From the NCBI GenBank assembly GCA_965116925.1, contig OZ220744.1:4384001-4448000 (forward strand): a stretch of DNA of 64,000 bases, written 5' to 3'. The position numbers and the translations under genes were made by a program. This document shows positions 8,988 through 19,324 of the stretch, piece after piece. The notes beneath the pieces are model-generated. The model worked only from the letters and a program-made list of their open reading frames with translations, was not told the DNA's origin and did no database searches. Numbering within the stretch: the first letter of the stretch is position 1; each line of letters begins with the position of its first letter. Source of the DNA: Candidatus Poribacteria bacterium. GTDB lineage: Bacteria; Poribacteria; WGA-4E; PCPOR2b.

Positions 8988-10247
8988 ATGACATCTACAG
9001 AAATTTCATCAAATGTGAACACAAATTCTCGTCCATCTCAACTGAAAATTACCGATATGCGGCTCACTCAGACAAGAACGGGCGGTCCGATTCTCAAGTT
9101 GGACACGAATCAGGGAATCTATGGACTCGGCGAAGTGCGTGACGGAGCGAGCAAAACATACGCACTGTTGCTCAAAAGCCGGATATTGGGGGAGAACCCC
9201 TGCAACGTCGATAAGATCTTTCGCCAGATTAAGCAGTTTGGGCACCATGCGCGTCAGGGCGGCGGTGTATGTGGAATCGAGATGGCACTGATGGATCTCG
9301 CCGGTAAAGCCTATGGCGTTCCCTGCTATCAACTTGCGGGTGGAAAATTCCGCGACAAGATTCGCTGCTACGCGGACACGCCATCGCTTAAAGATCCGGA
9401 GGAGATGGGAAACAAACTCAAGGAACGGATGGATCGCGGGTTTACCTTCTTGAAGATGGACGTTGGTATTGGACTCGTTAGAGATATTCCGGGTACTCTC
9501 TGTGCACCGTCAGGACATCTTGATACAGGCAACTTGATGCATCCGTTCACCGGCATCCGTCTGACGGACAAAGGGATCGCGCTTTTATGTGAGTATGTCG
9601 AAACTGTGCGAGAAATTATCGGCTACGAGATTCCGCTTGCGACCGATCACTTTGGTCATATTGGAATCGAGGACTGTATCCGTCTCGGTAGGGCTTTGGA
9701 GAGGTACAACCTTGCGTGGTTAGAGGATATGGTGCCGTGGCAATTTACGGATCAGTACGTCCGACTTTCAAATGCATGTGCAACACCAATCTGCACGGGT
9801 GAGGATATCTATTGCAAGGAAGATTTTAAGCCCCTATTTGAGGCGAAAGCCATCTCTATATGTCATCCGGATATCGCGACATCGGGCGGGATTCTGGAGA
9901 CCAAGAAGATTGGCGATCTCGCTCAAGAGCACGGCGTCGCTATGGCGTTACACATGGCGGGGACACCGGTATGTGCGATGGCGAGCATTCATTGCGCCGC
10001 AGCGACAGAGAATTTCCTTGTTTTAGAAAACCATTCCGTCGATGATCCGGAGTGGAATGATTTGGTGACTGGGCTTCCTAATCCAATTATCCAAGACGGA
10101 TTTATGGAGGTGCCGGATACACCGGGACTCGGTATTGAGCTCAATCCGGACGCCATAAAGCGGAATCTCCATCCGGACGAGTCAGAGTACTTTGGATCGA
10201 CAACAGAGTGGGATAAAGAGCGGTCGCACGATAGGCTTTGGAGTTGA
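8988..10247 (+). CDS. Mandelate racemase/muconate lactonizing enzyme family protein (likely acid-sugar dehydratase)
   Basis: EMALMDLAGK, KMD, DH, WLED, TGED, HPD and PGLG motifs. Confidence 0.9.
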   Translation: MTSTEISSNVNTNSRPSQLKITDMRLTQTRTGGPILKLDTNQGIYGLGEVRDGASKTYALLLKSRILGENPCNVDKIFRQIKQFGHHARQGGGVCGIEMALMDLAGKAYGVPCYQLAGGKFRDKIRCYADTPSLKDPEEMGNKLKERMDRGFTFLKMDVGIGLVRDIPGTLCAPSGHLDTGNLMHPFTGIRLTDKGIALLCEYVETVREIIGYEIPLATDHFGHIGIEDCIRLGRALERYNLAWLEDMVPWQFTDQYVRLSNACATPICTGEDIYCKEDFKPLFEAKAISICHPDIATSGGILETKKIGDLAQEHGVAMALHMAGTPVCAMASIHCAAATENFLVLENHSVDDPEWNDLVTGLPNPIIQDGFMEVPDTPGLGIELNPDAIKRNLHPDESEYFGSTTEWDKERSHDRLWS

Positions 10248-10269
10248 TGCGTGAAACGTAAAACGTGAA
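10245..10269 (+). repeat. Heptamer tandem repeat (CGTRAAA)
   Basis: TGATGCGTGAAACGTAAAACGTGAA starting at the stop codon of the upstream gene. Confidence 0.65.
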
Positions 10270-10292
10270 GATAGGGAAAAGGACTCTCAGCT

Positions 10293-10697
10293 ATGCCGGT
10301 TTTTGAGACTGCGGGGGAACTCTACACCTGTATCGGTGGATTGTTTGAGCGGCTGAAATCTCAGGCACAAGTGCAGCGAGAATTGGTATTGCTGAAATTA
10401 ACGGTAAGATTTACCTACACAGAACCGGAGGCTTCCATTACGCTTGTTGCACATAAGGGTGAGGGTGTGATTCACTATGGTGAGTGCGATGAAAAACCGG
10501 ACGTTGAACTTGCCATGACTGGAGATATTGCCCACCATTTCTGGATGGGAGAAGTTAATGTTATGGGTGCAATCACCAAGCGGCAGATTGTGCCCACAGG
10601 CTCACTCTCGAAAATTATGGCACTCACTCCTCTGATTAAGGCGGGCATCCAGATCTATCCACAGCATTATCAGGAATATTTGGAAAAAGACAAATGA
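10293..10697 (+). CDS. SCP2 sterol/lipid-binding domain protein
   Basis: PDVELAM...FWMGEVNVMGAITKRQIVPTG, an SCP2-like pattern. Confidence 0.7.
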   Translation: MPVFETAGELYTCIGGLFERLKSQAQVQRELVLLKLTVRFTYTEPEASITLVAHKGEGVIHYGECDEKPDVELAMTGDIAHHFWMGEVNVMGAITKRQIVPTGSLSKIMALTPLIKAGIQIYPQHYQEYLEKDK

Positions 10698-10720
10698 TAT
10701 GCCACGATGAGAGTCTAGGA

Positions 10721-12388
10721 TTACCGGCGTCGCCACCAGACTGCCACGCCGGTTAGAAAGATGACTAATGGAATCAGGAAGATTGCCATCATCTGCACGA
10801 AGGCGACTTCGCTCGGTGTCATCATGCGTAGGCTTCGCTCGCTTGGGTCAACCGGGCGGATGGCTATCAGATCCTCCTCCAGCGTCAACCAGTTGACTGC
10901 ATTGAGAAAGAAATCACCGCCACCGGTGCCGTGAAAGAAGAAATTGTTTGCAAAATCGGAATCTCCGACCACAACGATTCGCGTTCTACTTTCTTCCTGT
11001 GTATCTGTGGATGGATCCTCACCTGTGGTTGGTTCGCGCCCTTCACGCTGGATAGCAACAGCGAGAGACACCGGCGGCGGTGTATCCTCACCTTCAGTAT
11101 ACGAAAGATCTGGTTCAAAAGTGCCATCAGTCCTCCGTTTTGTCTCTCCCCAACTGCCGCCGATCTCATCGGTGGTCTTTACGAGCGATTTAACATTGAG
11201 GTTGCTTCCTGCATTCGTCTTCGGAGTAACAGACCGGGCGAGCTGAAATGTCACTGGTCGATACACCTCCTGTGTGATTTGATGGAACTCAAAGTCACTA
11301 AGCGTTGGTGCTTCCGGCTGACTGCCACCGACTAGAAAGAAAGCAGGGCGGATGCGGTCCAAAACGAGATCGTTGCCAATTGTAACTCCCCAGCTGTCCA
11401 TCAATTTAACCAACCCTTGATTTGGGTCTTTCGTCGAGTTCACCGAGGAATCAAGCATCAGGAACAGCTTGCCGTTTTTATCCAAGTATTTGGAAATCGC
11501 ATTGACTTCGTGTGTCATCAGTGGTGCTTTGGGACCGGGAATGATGAGTGCTGCACAATCGGTGGGGACTTCTGGCTGGGTTGCCAGAGAGAGTGTCTCG
11601 ACCCTATAATTCTGCTTTTCTAATTCCTCTTTGGTCTGGCTGTAGCCTTTCTGTTCAAAATCGTCAATCGCTTGTTCTTCATGCCCCGTCAAGAAATAGA
11701 TTTTAAGCGATTCATCACGAACCACTTTAAGAATCGCGCTGGTAAACTTCTGCTCATCGACAGTTGTGATCTGTTCCCGGATGCCCCCGCTCTCGAACAC
11801 GGTTGTCCCATCAAACTGAATGTCATATTCTTGGCTCTTCATCGCCCCTGAATAGGGATCCACGAACTCGACCGTGAGTTTGTCGGTTTCGCGTTGATAC
11901 ATGTCCAATAAAGCCTGTGCGCGTTGATGATCGCGCGCCAATTGATCACTAGTGGGATTAAGGCTGAAGAAGGCAATCACCTGAACCTCTCGATCTAGTC
12001 CGTGCAGAATGTTTTTCGTCTGATCCGACAGGGTGTATATCTTATCGCTAGTCCAATCTGCGGAGGTATCGAACCTTTGCACGACGATAACATTGGCAAT
12101 GACAGCAATCCCGGTCACTAGCAAAATGGTAACACCAACATTTGCGCCGTAGCGAACTTGACGACTCACAAAGAAGCGGGATACCGCTTGGCGTCTCAGA
12201 ACCACAAAAGCGATCAGGGCCGCGATTCCAAGCACAAGGAAAATCCATACAACGAGGCGTTGACGCAGAAAGACACTCGACAATGTTGCAAACAGAAGAA
12301 TAAGTGTGAGAAAACCGAGCAGCGGTGCCCACTTATCGCCTGTTTGTGATTTTGTATCTTCCGGGCGTGGCGTTTCGTGCATCGGCAT
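10721..12388 (-). CDS. GldG-family ABC transporter auxiliary component
   Basis: 3 N-terminal TMs, DWTSDKIYTLSDQT, IYFLTGHEE, RIVVVGDSDF, FLNAVNWL and a C-terminal TM ending WWRRR. Start uncertain (12382-12397). Confidence 0.85.
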   Translation of the reverse strand: MPMHETPRPEDTKSQTGDKWAPLLGFLTLILLFATLSSVFLRQRLVVWIFLVLGIAALIAFVVLRRQAVSRFFVSRQVRYGANVGVTILLVTGIAVIANVIVVQRFDTSADWTSDKIYTLSDQTKNILHGLDREVQVIAFFSLNPTSDQLARDHQRAQALLDMYQRETDKLTVEFVDPYSGAMKSQEYDIQFDGTTVFESGGIREQITTVDEQKFTSAILKVVRDESLKIYFLTGHEEQAIDDFEQKGYSQTKEELEKQNYRVETLSLATQPEVPTDCAALIIPGPKAPLMTHEVNAISKYLDKNGKLFLMLDSSVNSTKDPNQGLVKLMDSWGVTIGNDLVLDRIRPAFFLVGGSQPEAPTLSDFEFHQITQEVYRPVTFQLARSVTPKTNAGSNLNVKSLVKTTDEIGGSWGETKRRTDGTFEPDLSYTEGEDTPPPVSLAVAIQREGREPTTGEDPSTDTQEESRTRIVVVGDSDFANNFFFHGTGGGDFFLNAVNWLTLEEDLIAIRPVDPSERSLRMMTPSEVAFVQMMAIFLIPLVIFLTGVAVWWRRR

Positions 12389-13113
12389 TACCTCCATTTT
12401 GATGATTCAAATGATTTAACCGTAAAGAAAAGACAGACGATGGTGAAACTCAGATAGTAAACGGTATGCTTGAAGGATACAGTACCCCGTGAAAAATCGC
12501 TGAAGTGTTCGGTGAGAGACAGATAGCCCAAGAAATCCCCAATCTTTCCACCACGATTCGATAAGAAACCGATAATCCAAAGAGAAAGCAGCAAACCGAA
12601 ACTAGTCAAAGCAGAAACGATCTGGTTTTTGGTCATTGAAGATATCATCACACCGAGCGCGAGAAAGGTCGAACCGAGCAGTAATAACCCCAAATATCCA
12701 CTAATAACTGGTCCGATGTCTAAGCTACCAAACCGAGCCGTTATCAACGGAAAAATCAGGGTTAACAGCAGCATCACGAACAACATGATCCAACTCGCCA
12801 CGAATTTCCCAAGGACGACTTCGGTATCTTTGAGCGGAGAGGTCATTAACAGTTCAATTGTACCTGTTTTCTTTTCTTCTGCGAAAAGTTTCATTGTCAA
12901 AGCTGGGGTGAAAAAGAGGAGGGTGACACTGATGTTGTTAAACAGGGTCTGGATCACGTCGGTCGTTGAGTACTGATAAGCGGCGAAACTCCCCAGAATT
13001 ACATAGAATAGGAACCCGGAAACCGCTGTAAAAATAAAGAATACGAAGTAAGCGATGGGTGAAACAAAATAGGTATACAGTTCTTTGGTGACGATTACAG
13101 CGATGTTTTTCAT
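12388..13113 (-). CDS. ABC-2 type transporter permease (GldF-like)
   Basis: KELYTYFVSPIAY, TMKLFAEEKKTGTIELLMTSP, VLGKF and NQIVS motifs. Confidence 0.9.
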   Translation of the reverse strand: MKNIAVIVTKELYTYFVSPIAYFVFFIFTAVSGFLFYVILGSFAAYQYSTTDVIQTLFNNISVTLLFFTPALTMKLFAEEKKTGTIELLMTSPLKDTEVVLGKFVASWIMLFVMLLLTLIFPLITARFGSLDIGPVISGYLGLLLLGSTFLALGVMISSMTKNQIVSALTSFGLLLSLWIIGFLSNRGGKIGDFLGYLSLTEHFSDFSRGTVSFKHTVYYLSFTIVCLFFTVKSFESSKWR

Positions 13114-13121
13114 TTTTTCCC

Positions 13122-13907
13122 TCAGATAATATCACAAGGACTCTGCCAGCAAACTTTGCCTACAAAGAATGGGCCGAGTGATTCGAGATATTGAGCGGTC
13201 TGTTGTGATTTTCTCATCTCACCCACAAGGTGCGACAAGGGATGAAGCGTCGTACCCATCAATCCGATTACGAAATCGTTATCGTGTGCATCCAACCCAA
13301 AACACGCTAGTCGAATGTCATGCGCGTATCCTGCCTCCACGTATGTTCTGCCAATCATCGCATGTTCCATCAGGATCTTTCCCTGCTCCTGTTGAGGCAG
13401 TCGATAGAATTCCGGTTTCCGACGGAGCGGATACCAGATTGCCCACGAGAGCTCAGGGTTAAGTGTATTGCGGCGCGGTTTAACGAGCAGCCAATCTTCC
13501 AAGTCCGGCTCCCGTCCAGAGGCATAGGTCCTACCGACCATGGTGAACTCAGGTTTTGGGTAAAGAGCATCGAATGGCTCACTTGTGAGAATTCGTCTCG
13601 TCTCAACCACAAGGGCATCCGCATCTTCTGTCATAAAAAGCACGCCGACGCCTTTCGGATCATTCAGATCGTGATAGAGAACAACTTCTAAGTCACTCGC
13701 TTTTAGCGGTTCGATCAGCTCATGCGGCTGAGAGCAGCCTGTGAACACCTGAAGCTGTAAAAATAGGCGGCGTGTACTGTATTGGAGTTCACCGTTGATA
13801 GGTGCACCGATTTCACGAATTTCCGGGGCATCGATCGGTTGAGCAGGCCTTTGAGGTCGCTCTGAATCTTGGCGATGTTGGGGAGTAGCAGCATTTTGAG
13901 AACGCAT
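13122..13907 (-). CDS. Chlorite dismutase-like / coproheme decarboxylase (HemQ/ChdC) family protein
   Basis: WYPLRR..EFYRLP..EQGKILMEH..IG, FGLDAHDNDFVIG and GPFFVG motifs. Confidence 0.82.
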   Translation of the reverse strand: MRSQNAATPQHRQDSERPQRPAQPIDAPEIREIGAPINGELQYSTRRLFLQLQVFTGCSQPHELIEPLKASDLEVVLYHDLNDPKGVGVLFMTEDADALVVETRRILTSEPFDALYPKPEFTMVGRTYASGREPDLEDWLLVKPRRNTLNPELSWAIWYPLRRKPEFYRLPQQEQGKILMEHAMIGRTYVEAGYAHDIRLACFGLDAHDNDFVIGLMGTTLHPLSHLVGEMRKSQQTAQYLESLGPFFVGKVCWQSPCDII

Positions 13908-14006
13908 GGATTTATTTTCCTCGTTGTTACTTTTAATTTTTCCGACAGATTCGATTCACAGTATACTACACGGTCTTCCCCAATTTCAATATGAATTGCG
14001 TTATCC

Positions 14007-14423
14007 TCAAAGATGGTAGAGCATCCAATAGACGATGATTCCAGTTACGGAGACATATAGCCATATCGGAAGCGTCCAACGGGCGATACGCCGATGTTTG
14101 GTGAATCGTTTCCGCAAAGCGAAATAGAGCGTTATTAAAGCGAGCGGGAGGATCGAAGCAGCGAGGATAATATGAGGGATAAGAACGGCAAAGTAGACGT
14201 AACGAATCCACCCGCTCCCTTCAAAGGGGGTTGATCCAGCGTGGTAGTGATAGATGAGGTAGGAGGTCAGGAAGAGTCCCGACACTACAAACGCCGCAAT
14301 CATACAGTTTCTGTGGGCAACAATTTTTCGCCGCCGGATCATCAAGAAGCCGATAGTCAGTAGAATGGTGCTGATTGTATTCAGGCTGGCATTCACTGTG
14401 GGCAGATCGGAGAGAGTAATCAT
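14007..14423 (-). CDS. DUF420 membrane protein
   Basis: LPTVNASLN, HRNCM, FLTSYL, H.ILA and HRRIARWTLPIWLYVSVTG motifs. Confidence 0.9.
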   Translation of the reverse strand: MITLSDLPTVNASLNTISTILLTIGFLMIRRRKIVAHRNCMIAAFVVSGLFLTSYLIYHYHAGSTPFEGSGWIRYVYFAVLIPHIILAASILPLALITLYFALRKRFTKHRRIARWTLPIWLYVSVTGIIVYWMLYHL

Positions 14424-14854
14424 TGTTCACTCACCATTTCAAGTCGTTCGATTGCAGTCTTTGCCCCTTCTCGCGCCAAAGTTGCAGCATCCTCTCGTGC
14501 GACCTGTTTCAGTTTCGGCAGCGCACGCTTATCTCCAAGCTGTCCCAGCGCAACGGTTGCAAAATAGCGGACATCGTCATCCGCATCGTCGAGGGCTTCG
14601 ATCAGAGGCGTTAGGTCATCACTCGTTGCGAGATGGCGTTCAAAATCACCGATATTGATCAATGCCTGTGCTGCCTCTCGCCGTGCCTCCTTATCGCCGT
14701 GCCGCAGGGTGGAAATCAGTGAATCCATCTCGCCGGTGACAGTGGACAGATTATCCCAATCACAGTCGAGGCAAAACCAGCCATCTTTACCAACTACTTG
14801 CACGTTCTTGCTATGACAGCTTGGGCATTCTGTAAGCGTTAGCTGAGAATTCAT
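14420..14854 (-). CDS. HEAT-repeat protein with N-terminal zinc ribbon
   Basis: CPSC...CLDC followed by LIEALDD...VRYFATVALGQLGD HEAT/PBS repeats. Confidence 0.8.
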   Translation of the reverse strand: MNSQLTLTECPSCHSKNVQVVGKDGWFCLDCDWDNLSTVTGEMDSLISTLRHGDKEARREAAQALINIGDFERHLATSDDLTPLIEALDDADDDVRYFATVALGQLGDKRALPKLKQVAREDAATLAREGAKTAIERLEMVSEQ

Positions 14855-15225
14855 TGTATCTTTGATTCCTCTAACTCCGGCAAATCACGCCAGATTTCAG
14901 GACCTTCCGGCTTAAAGTTTATTGTTGCAATGAACTGCATCCCCTGATAGAAGTTGATTTTGAACTTCCCACCGCCGAAATTATCCTTTATGTAGCCCAT
15001 CGGATCATCAACTAGCGGTCCCATTTCGTCGGCGTGATAGAAGGCAAGCAGCTTGAATCTCACCGTGTTGCCCACCGGTTCCTGCACCAAAAGACGTGCG
15101 GTCGTTGTGGGAAACAAGACCTTAAAGACGTCCCATAGCTGGTCGATTGTTGGCTTTGGAACGCCGAGGCGTTTCTTGAAATCGTTTTCGAGATATTCGG
15201 AGAAAAGATTTAGTACCCATTCCAT
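14851..15225 (-). CDS. Hypothetical protein (124 aa)
   Basis: Protein-like composition; 4-bp overlap with the downstream gene. Confidence 0.75.
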   Translation of the reverse strand: MEWVLNLFSEYLENDFKKRLGVPKPTIDQLWDVFKVLFPTTTARLLVQEPVGNTVRFKLLAFYHADEMGPLVDDPMGYIKDNFGGGKFKINFYQGMQFIATINFKPEGPEIWRDLPELEESKIQ

Positions 15226-15242
15226 AGTGTAATTGCCTTAGT

Positions 15243-15286
15243 GTGAAACGTGATGCGTGAAACGTGAAAATTATTTGTTCATTGGT
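15243..15286 (+). repeat. Composite heptamer/octamer repeat
   Basis: GTGAAACGTGATGCGTGAAACGTGAAAATTATTTGTTCATTGG. Confidence 0.7.
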
Positions 15287-15326
15287 TTAATCGTATTACA
15301 AATAATTACAAACAATGACACTGTTT

Positions 15327-16295
15327 CTAGCCATGTAGGATGCGATTAAAAAAATGCTGAAGGAAGGTTTCAGCGTTTACCCCCACGCAGACACGGGCAT
15401 TCGGTTTTGGGCGTGGTCTTTCTGGGCGTAGATCAGCGACGGTCATGCCCTGCGTCAGATCGCTTGAGGTCTCTACCTGCACGAAAGCCTCCACAGTCTC
15501 AAAAAGATCGGGATGGGTAAGTAAACCGATGGGAAGTGCGTCGTGAATATAAGTTCCATAAAATCCTTCGTGCGATTGATGATAGTCCATCGTGGCGCGT
15601 GTAGTATCTCGGAGAAACTGCGATAATCTATCGTCCCGTTTACCGATTTCAGCGTCTAAGCGTTTTCCTGTCAGAATCACTTGGTGCGTTACGTCAAGCG
15701 GCACTACGGTGAGTTGCACACCAAAGTCGAGAACAAGTTGCGCTGCGTGTGGGTCGGCGAAGATGTTAAATTCGGCCGTCGTTGTGACGTTTCCGTAAGT
15801 TTCAAAGGCACCTCCCATTAACACAATCTCCCGAATCCTTCGCATCCGCGCGGGATGTTTGATTATTGCTTTGGCGATATTTGTCAGCGGGCCAACCGGC
15901 ACGAGAACCAGTTCATCGGGATACTGTCCCGCGAGGTCTATAATGAGGTCAACGGCGGGCAGCGCTGCCAACTGCGGTTGGGGGTCTGGGTAGAGGCGTG
16001 AACCATCAGGCTTCAACAACCGTGTCACATCTCCAAGTCCATCCGAGCCGTGGACATGTGCTGCTGTCACAAGCGGTTTAATCAGCGGCTGCGACTCGCC
16101 CTTGGCGCAGATTGGATATTCACTCAATCCTATCGCCTCTAGCGTCATCAGCAAATTGCGTGTGCAGAGATCGACATGGACATTGCCGCTAACGGAGGTG
16201 ATTGCTTCCACCTTCAACTCCGGCGAGTTGAGCGCGAGGATGATTGCTAAGGCATCGTCCACGCCGGTATCGGTATCTAACAGAATGCGCTGCAT
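15327..16295 (-). CDS. Nucleoside hydrolase (IU-NH family)
   Basis: DTDTGVDD, HGSDGLG, GPLTN, AEFNIFADP, LDVT and IHD motifs. Confidence 0.93.
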   Translation of the reverse strand: MQRILLDTDTGVDDALAIILALNSPELKVEAITSVSGNVHVDLCTRNLLMTLEAIGLSEYPICAKGESQPLIKPLVTAAHVHGSDGLGDVTRLLKPDGSRLYPDPQPQLAALPAVDLIIDLAGQYPDELVLVPVGPLTNIAKAIIKHPARMRRIREIVLMGGAFETYGNVTTTAEFNIFADPHAAQLVLDFGVQLTVVPLDVTHQVILTGKRLDAEIGKRDDRLSQFLRDTTRATMDYHQSHEGFYGTYIHDALPIGLLTHPDLFETVEAFVQVETSSDLTQGMTVADLRPERPRPKPNARVCVGVNAETFLQHFFNRILHG

Positions 16296-16502
16296 TGGTT
16301 TGATCTCTTGTGGGATATTAATTACCTTTCAATTATCAGGTATCGGAAAATTTTGATGATTCGGAAGATTCTATCATAGATTGGTCGGATTGGCAAGTTC
16401 GGATTTTGATGTTGCATAATTTCTATGCCTGATATATCATAGATTGCGCCATGATCCGCGGGGGGTCTGGCAGCCATTTTCAATAGGCCATGGGGAGGGT
16501 GT

Positions 16503-17300
16503 ATGAAAATTACTGTTCTCGGTTCAGGCACTTCGACAGGTGTTCCCGAATATAAATGCGAGTGTGAAACCTGTGAAGATGCCCGAAAGTTTGGGTCCAA
16601 AAATTACCGGACGCGCCCATCAATTCATATCGAAAGGGATGATAAGCACTTACAATTCGATCTCGGTCCCAATTTCATCGACCAGATTGACCGAAACGAA
16701 ATCGATTGGATTGATGCTGTTGTCTTTACCCACTGTCACGCAGACCATGTGAGCGGTACAAATGACATTGTTATGCCGTGCCGTAAACAACAGATGGATA
16801 TGCCCATCTACGGTCCAGAGGAGACCATTCGCCTCCTGCAGCGCAATTTTGATTATATGTTTAGCAAAGAAACTTTCCAAGGTGGTGGCGTGGGTCATCT
16901 GCTACCTAACATTGTGCAAGAACCGTTCCAATTGCATGGATTTGAACTCATCCCAATTCCGGTTGAACACGCTGCTGTACAAACCTACGGCTATCGAATT
17001 GATAACTTCGGTTACGTGCCCGATGTAAAGCGGCTGCCCGATTCTTCTAGAGCCTTACTACAAGGTATTGATTTGCTGATCATTGATGCACTCAGTTTTA
17101 ATCCTCGCCATCCAACCCACTTCTCGGTCGGAGAAGCACTAGAGGTTGTTGAGACACTACAGCCTAAAGAGACCTACTTTACGCATATCATGCACCGGCT
17201 CGATCATCGGTACTTCGCGGATCAATGCACAGAACAGGACATCGATCTGCCCGAAAATGTTTATCTGTCGTATGATGGGCAGGTACTTGAACTTTCTTGA
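16503..17300 (+). CDS. MBL-fold metallohydrolase (PhnP-like)
   Basis: LGSGTSTGVP..CECETC, THCHADH, HPTH and THIMH motifs. Confidence 0.9.
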   Translation: MKITVLGSGTSTGVPEYKCECETCEDARKFGSKNYRTRPSIHIERDDKHLQFDLGPNFIDQIDRNEIDWIDAVVFTHCHADHVSGTNDIVMPCRKQQMDMPIYGPEETIRLLQRNFDYMFSKETFQGGGVGHLLPNIVQEPFQLHGFELIPIPVEHAAVQTYGYRIDNFGYVPDVKRLPDSSRALLQGIDLLIIDALSFNPRHPTHFSVGEALEVVETLQPKETYFTHIMHRLDHRYFADQCTEQDIDLPENVYLSYDGQVLELS

Positions 17301-17325
17301 CATTCAGTAAAGGAAAAAGAACCCA

Positions 17326-18456
17326 ATGCAAAAAACAAAGATTGAACGTGTAGAAACGATTCTCTGGGATCGCTGGCTTTTGATAAAGATTCACTGTGAA
17401 GATGGCACCGTTGGGATTGGAGAGGGTGGCGTTCACGGTTGGCAACGACCAACCAAGACGATGTTAGAGGTTATGTCGCCGTATCTGGTCGGCAAGGATC
17501 CGTCGCTCATCGAACATCATTACCAGTGGCTGTACCGGTCATCGCACTTTATGGGGTCGGTCATTCAAGGTGCGCTTTCAGCTATTGACATCGCGCTATG
17601 GGATATCAAAGGGAAGCGACTTGGCGTGCCGATCTACGACCTGATGGGAGGTATGACGCGCCACCGTGTCCGCTGTTACATGCACGTGGGCGGCACAACC
17701 TTGGATGACTTAGCGGCGGATGCTGTGAAAAAGGCAGACCAAGGCTTCACTGCGCTCCGTTTCTCGCCGTTCCCGTCAGACTTTCATCTCCATAAATCGT
17801 ACGCAGAGTGGGCAGATGAGGCGGTACGTCGTGTGGGAGCGGTACGCGAGGCTGTTGGCAATTCAGTCGATATCTGCGTTGAGATTCACCGGCAGATGAA
17901 TCCCGCGGAGTCGATTTGGCTGGGGCGGCGTTTGGAACAGTTCAACCCCTATTTCTATGAAGACCCAATGCTACCCGACAGTCCGGCGATCATGGGGGAC
18001 GTACAGGAACAGTGTAACCTACCTATCGCGACAGGTGAGCGATTCGCAAGTATTTTTGAGTTCCAGCAGCTTCTTGAAGCCAAGGCTACCTCCTACATCC
18101 GTCCGGATTTATGCCTCTGCGGTGGACTTTCAGGGTGCAAGAAGGTAGCGGGGATGGCGGAGGCGCACCACGTCAAAGTTATTCCACACAACCCGCTTAG
18201 CCCGGTGAGCACAGCAGCGTGTGTACAGCTAGATGCGTCAATTCCCAACTTCGCACTTCAGGAGTATACCGGTGAAGCTGAGCCGCCGAAGAGCGATTTG
18301 CTTGTAGAACCGTTGGAATTGAAGGAAGGCTATTTGACGGTGCCCGAAGGCCCCGGATTGGGAATTGAGTTGAACGAAGCGGCTTTGAGCTATCCTGTTC
18401 AGGACAAGGTGCTGGATACACCGATTGGATTTGACGGATCTGTGCAGGACCGATAA
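17326..18456 (+). CDS. Galactonate dehydratase-like enolase superfamily protein
   Basis: SAIDIALWDIKGK.LGVPIYDLMGG, EIH, YEDP, TGER, RPD, PHNP and PGLG motifs. Confidence 0.85.
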   Translation: MQKTKIERVETILWDRWLLIKIHCEDGTVGIGEGGVHGWQRPTKTMLEVMSPYLVGKDPSLIEHHYQWLYRSSHFMGSVIQGALSAIDIALWDIKGKRLGVPIYDLMGGMTRHRVRCYMHVGGTTLDDLAADAVKKADQGFTALRFSPFPSDFHLHKSYAEWADEAVRRVGAVREAVGNSVDICVEIHRQMNPAESIWLGRRLEQFNPYFYEDPMLPDSPAIMGDVQEQCNLPIATGERFASIFEFQQLLEAKATSYIRPDLCLCGGLSGCKKVAGMAEAHHVKVIPHNPLSPVSTAACVQLDASIPNFALQEYTGEAEPPKSDLLVEPLELKEGYLTVPEGPGLGIELNEAALSYPVQDKVLDTPIGFDGSVQDR

Positions 18457-18536
18457 ATGAGATATGCCTCCACGTTACTGCCACAGTATTAGGTACATGT
18501 ACAACTGACGATTCGATCCAAGCTAGACGTGCGAAG

Positions 18537-19271
18537 ATGATGCAATCTTTCAACAGTGAATCTCCACCAGCCGACGAAGTTCTGCAGAACCACCTCCGGA
18601 ATCTGGAGGAGAATGGATTTACCATAGCCTTGAATGTTCTGACCGAAGATGAACTTCGATTTCTTCGGGGGGTGCTAGATAACATCTACGCAACCTTCGA
18701 TCCTGAACGGGATGGACTCCGGAAGGTTGAAGGCTACCATTTTGCCTCTAACCTTGTAAACAAGGGCCCCTTCTTTGAGTCGATATTTTTGCGAAGCCCT
18801 GTCTATGATCTCGCCCGCCATCTGCTCGGGGAAGATTGCATCCTCTCTAGCCTCAATTCTCTTGAACCGCTGAAGAATCAAGACAACCAGGGTCTTCACC
18901 GTGATGGGCCACCCGCGCCCGATTCGGGGCCCATCGTTGCCAATTCACTGTGGGCAATTGATGATATGAACAAAGATAACGGTGCGACCCGGCTGATTCC
19001 GGGCAGCCATCAGACCGATGAGCCACCGCCCGACGATGAAGCGGGTGTGGTCTATGCTGAAATCCCTGCCGGTAGTGTCGTCATTACTAACGCACATATC
19101 CTTCACGGGGCATCTGCCAACCCATCGGGGCGGCGGCGGCGGGTCATGCACGGCTATTTCACGCAGCGTGGATTGCCGCAGCAGCTTGAACAGAGGAAAT
19201 ATCTGTCGCTTGAAGTCCAAGCACGGCTGTCCCCGCTTGCTCGCAAGGTCTTGGCGTTGGATGGTGATTAA
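18537..19271 (+). CDS. Phytanoyl-CoA dioxygenase (PhyH) family Fe(II)/2OG enzyme, canonical HxD
   Basis: LHRD, NGATRLIPGSH, HGASAN and RR motifs. Confidence 0.9.
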   Translation: MMQSFNSESPPADEVLQNHLRNLEENGFTIALNVLTEDELRFLRGVLDNIYATFDPERDGLRKVEGYHFASNLVNKGPFFESIFLRSPVYDLARHLLGEDCILSSLNSLEPLKNQDNQGLHRDGPPAPDSGPIVANSLWAIDDMNKDNGATRLIPGSHQTDEPPPDDEAGVVYAEIPAGSVVITNAHILHGASANPSGRRRRVMHGYFTQRGLPQQLEQRKYLSLEVQARLSPLARKVLALDGD

Positions 19272-19324
19272 ACCTAATAGGATTTATGTAGTGAGATAAC
19301 GAACACCGAACCGAAGGAGAATTT

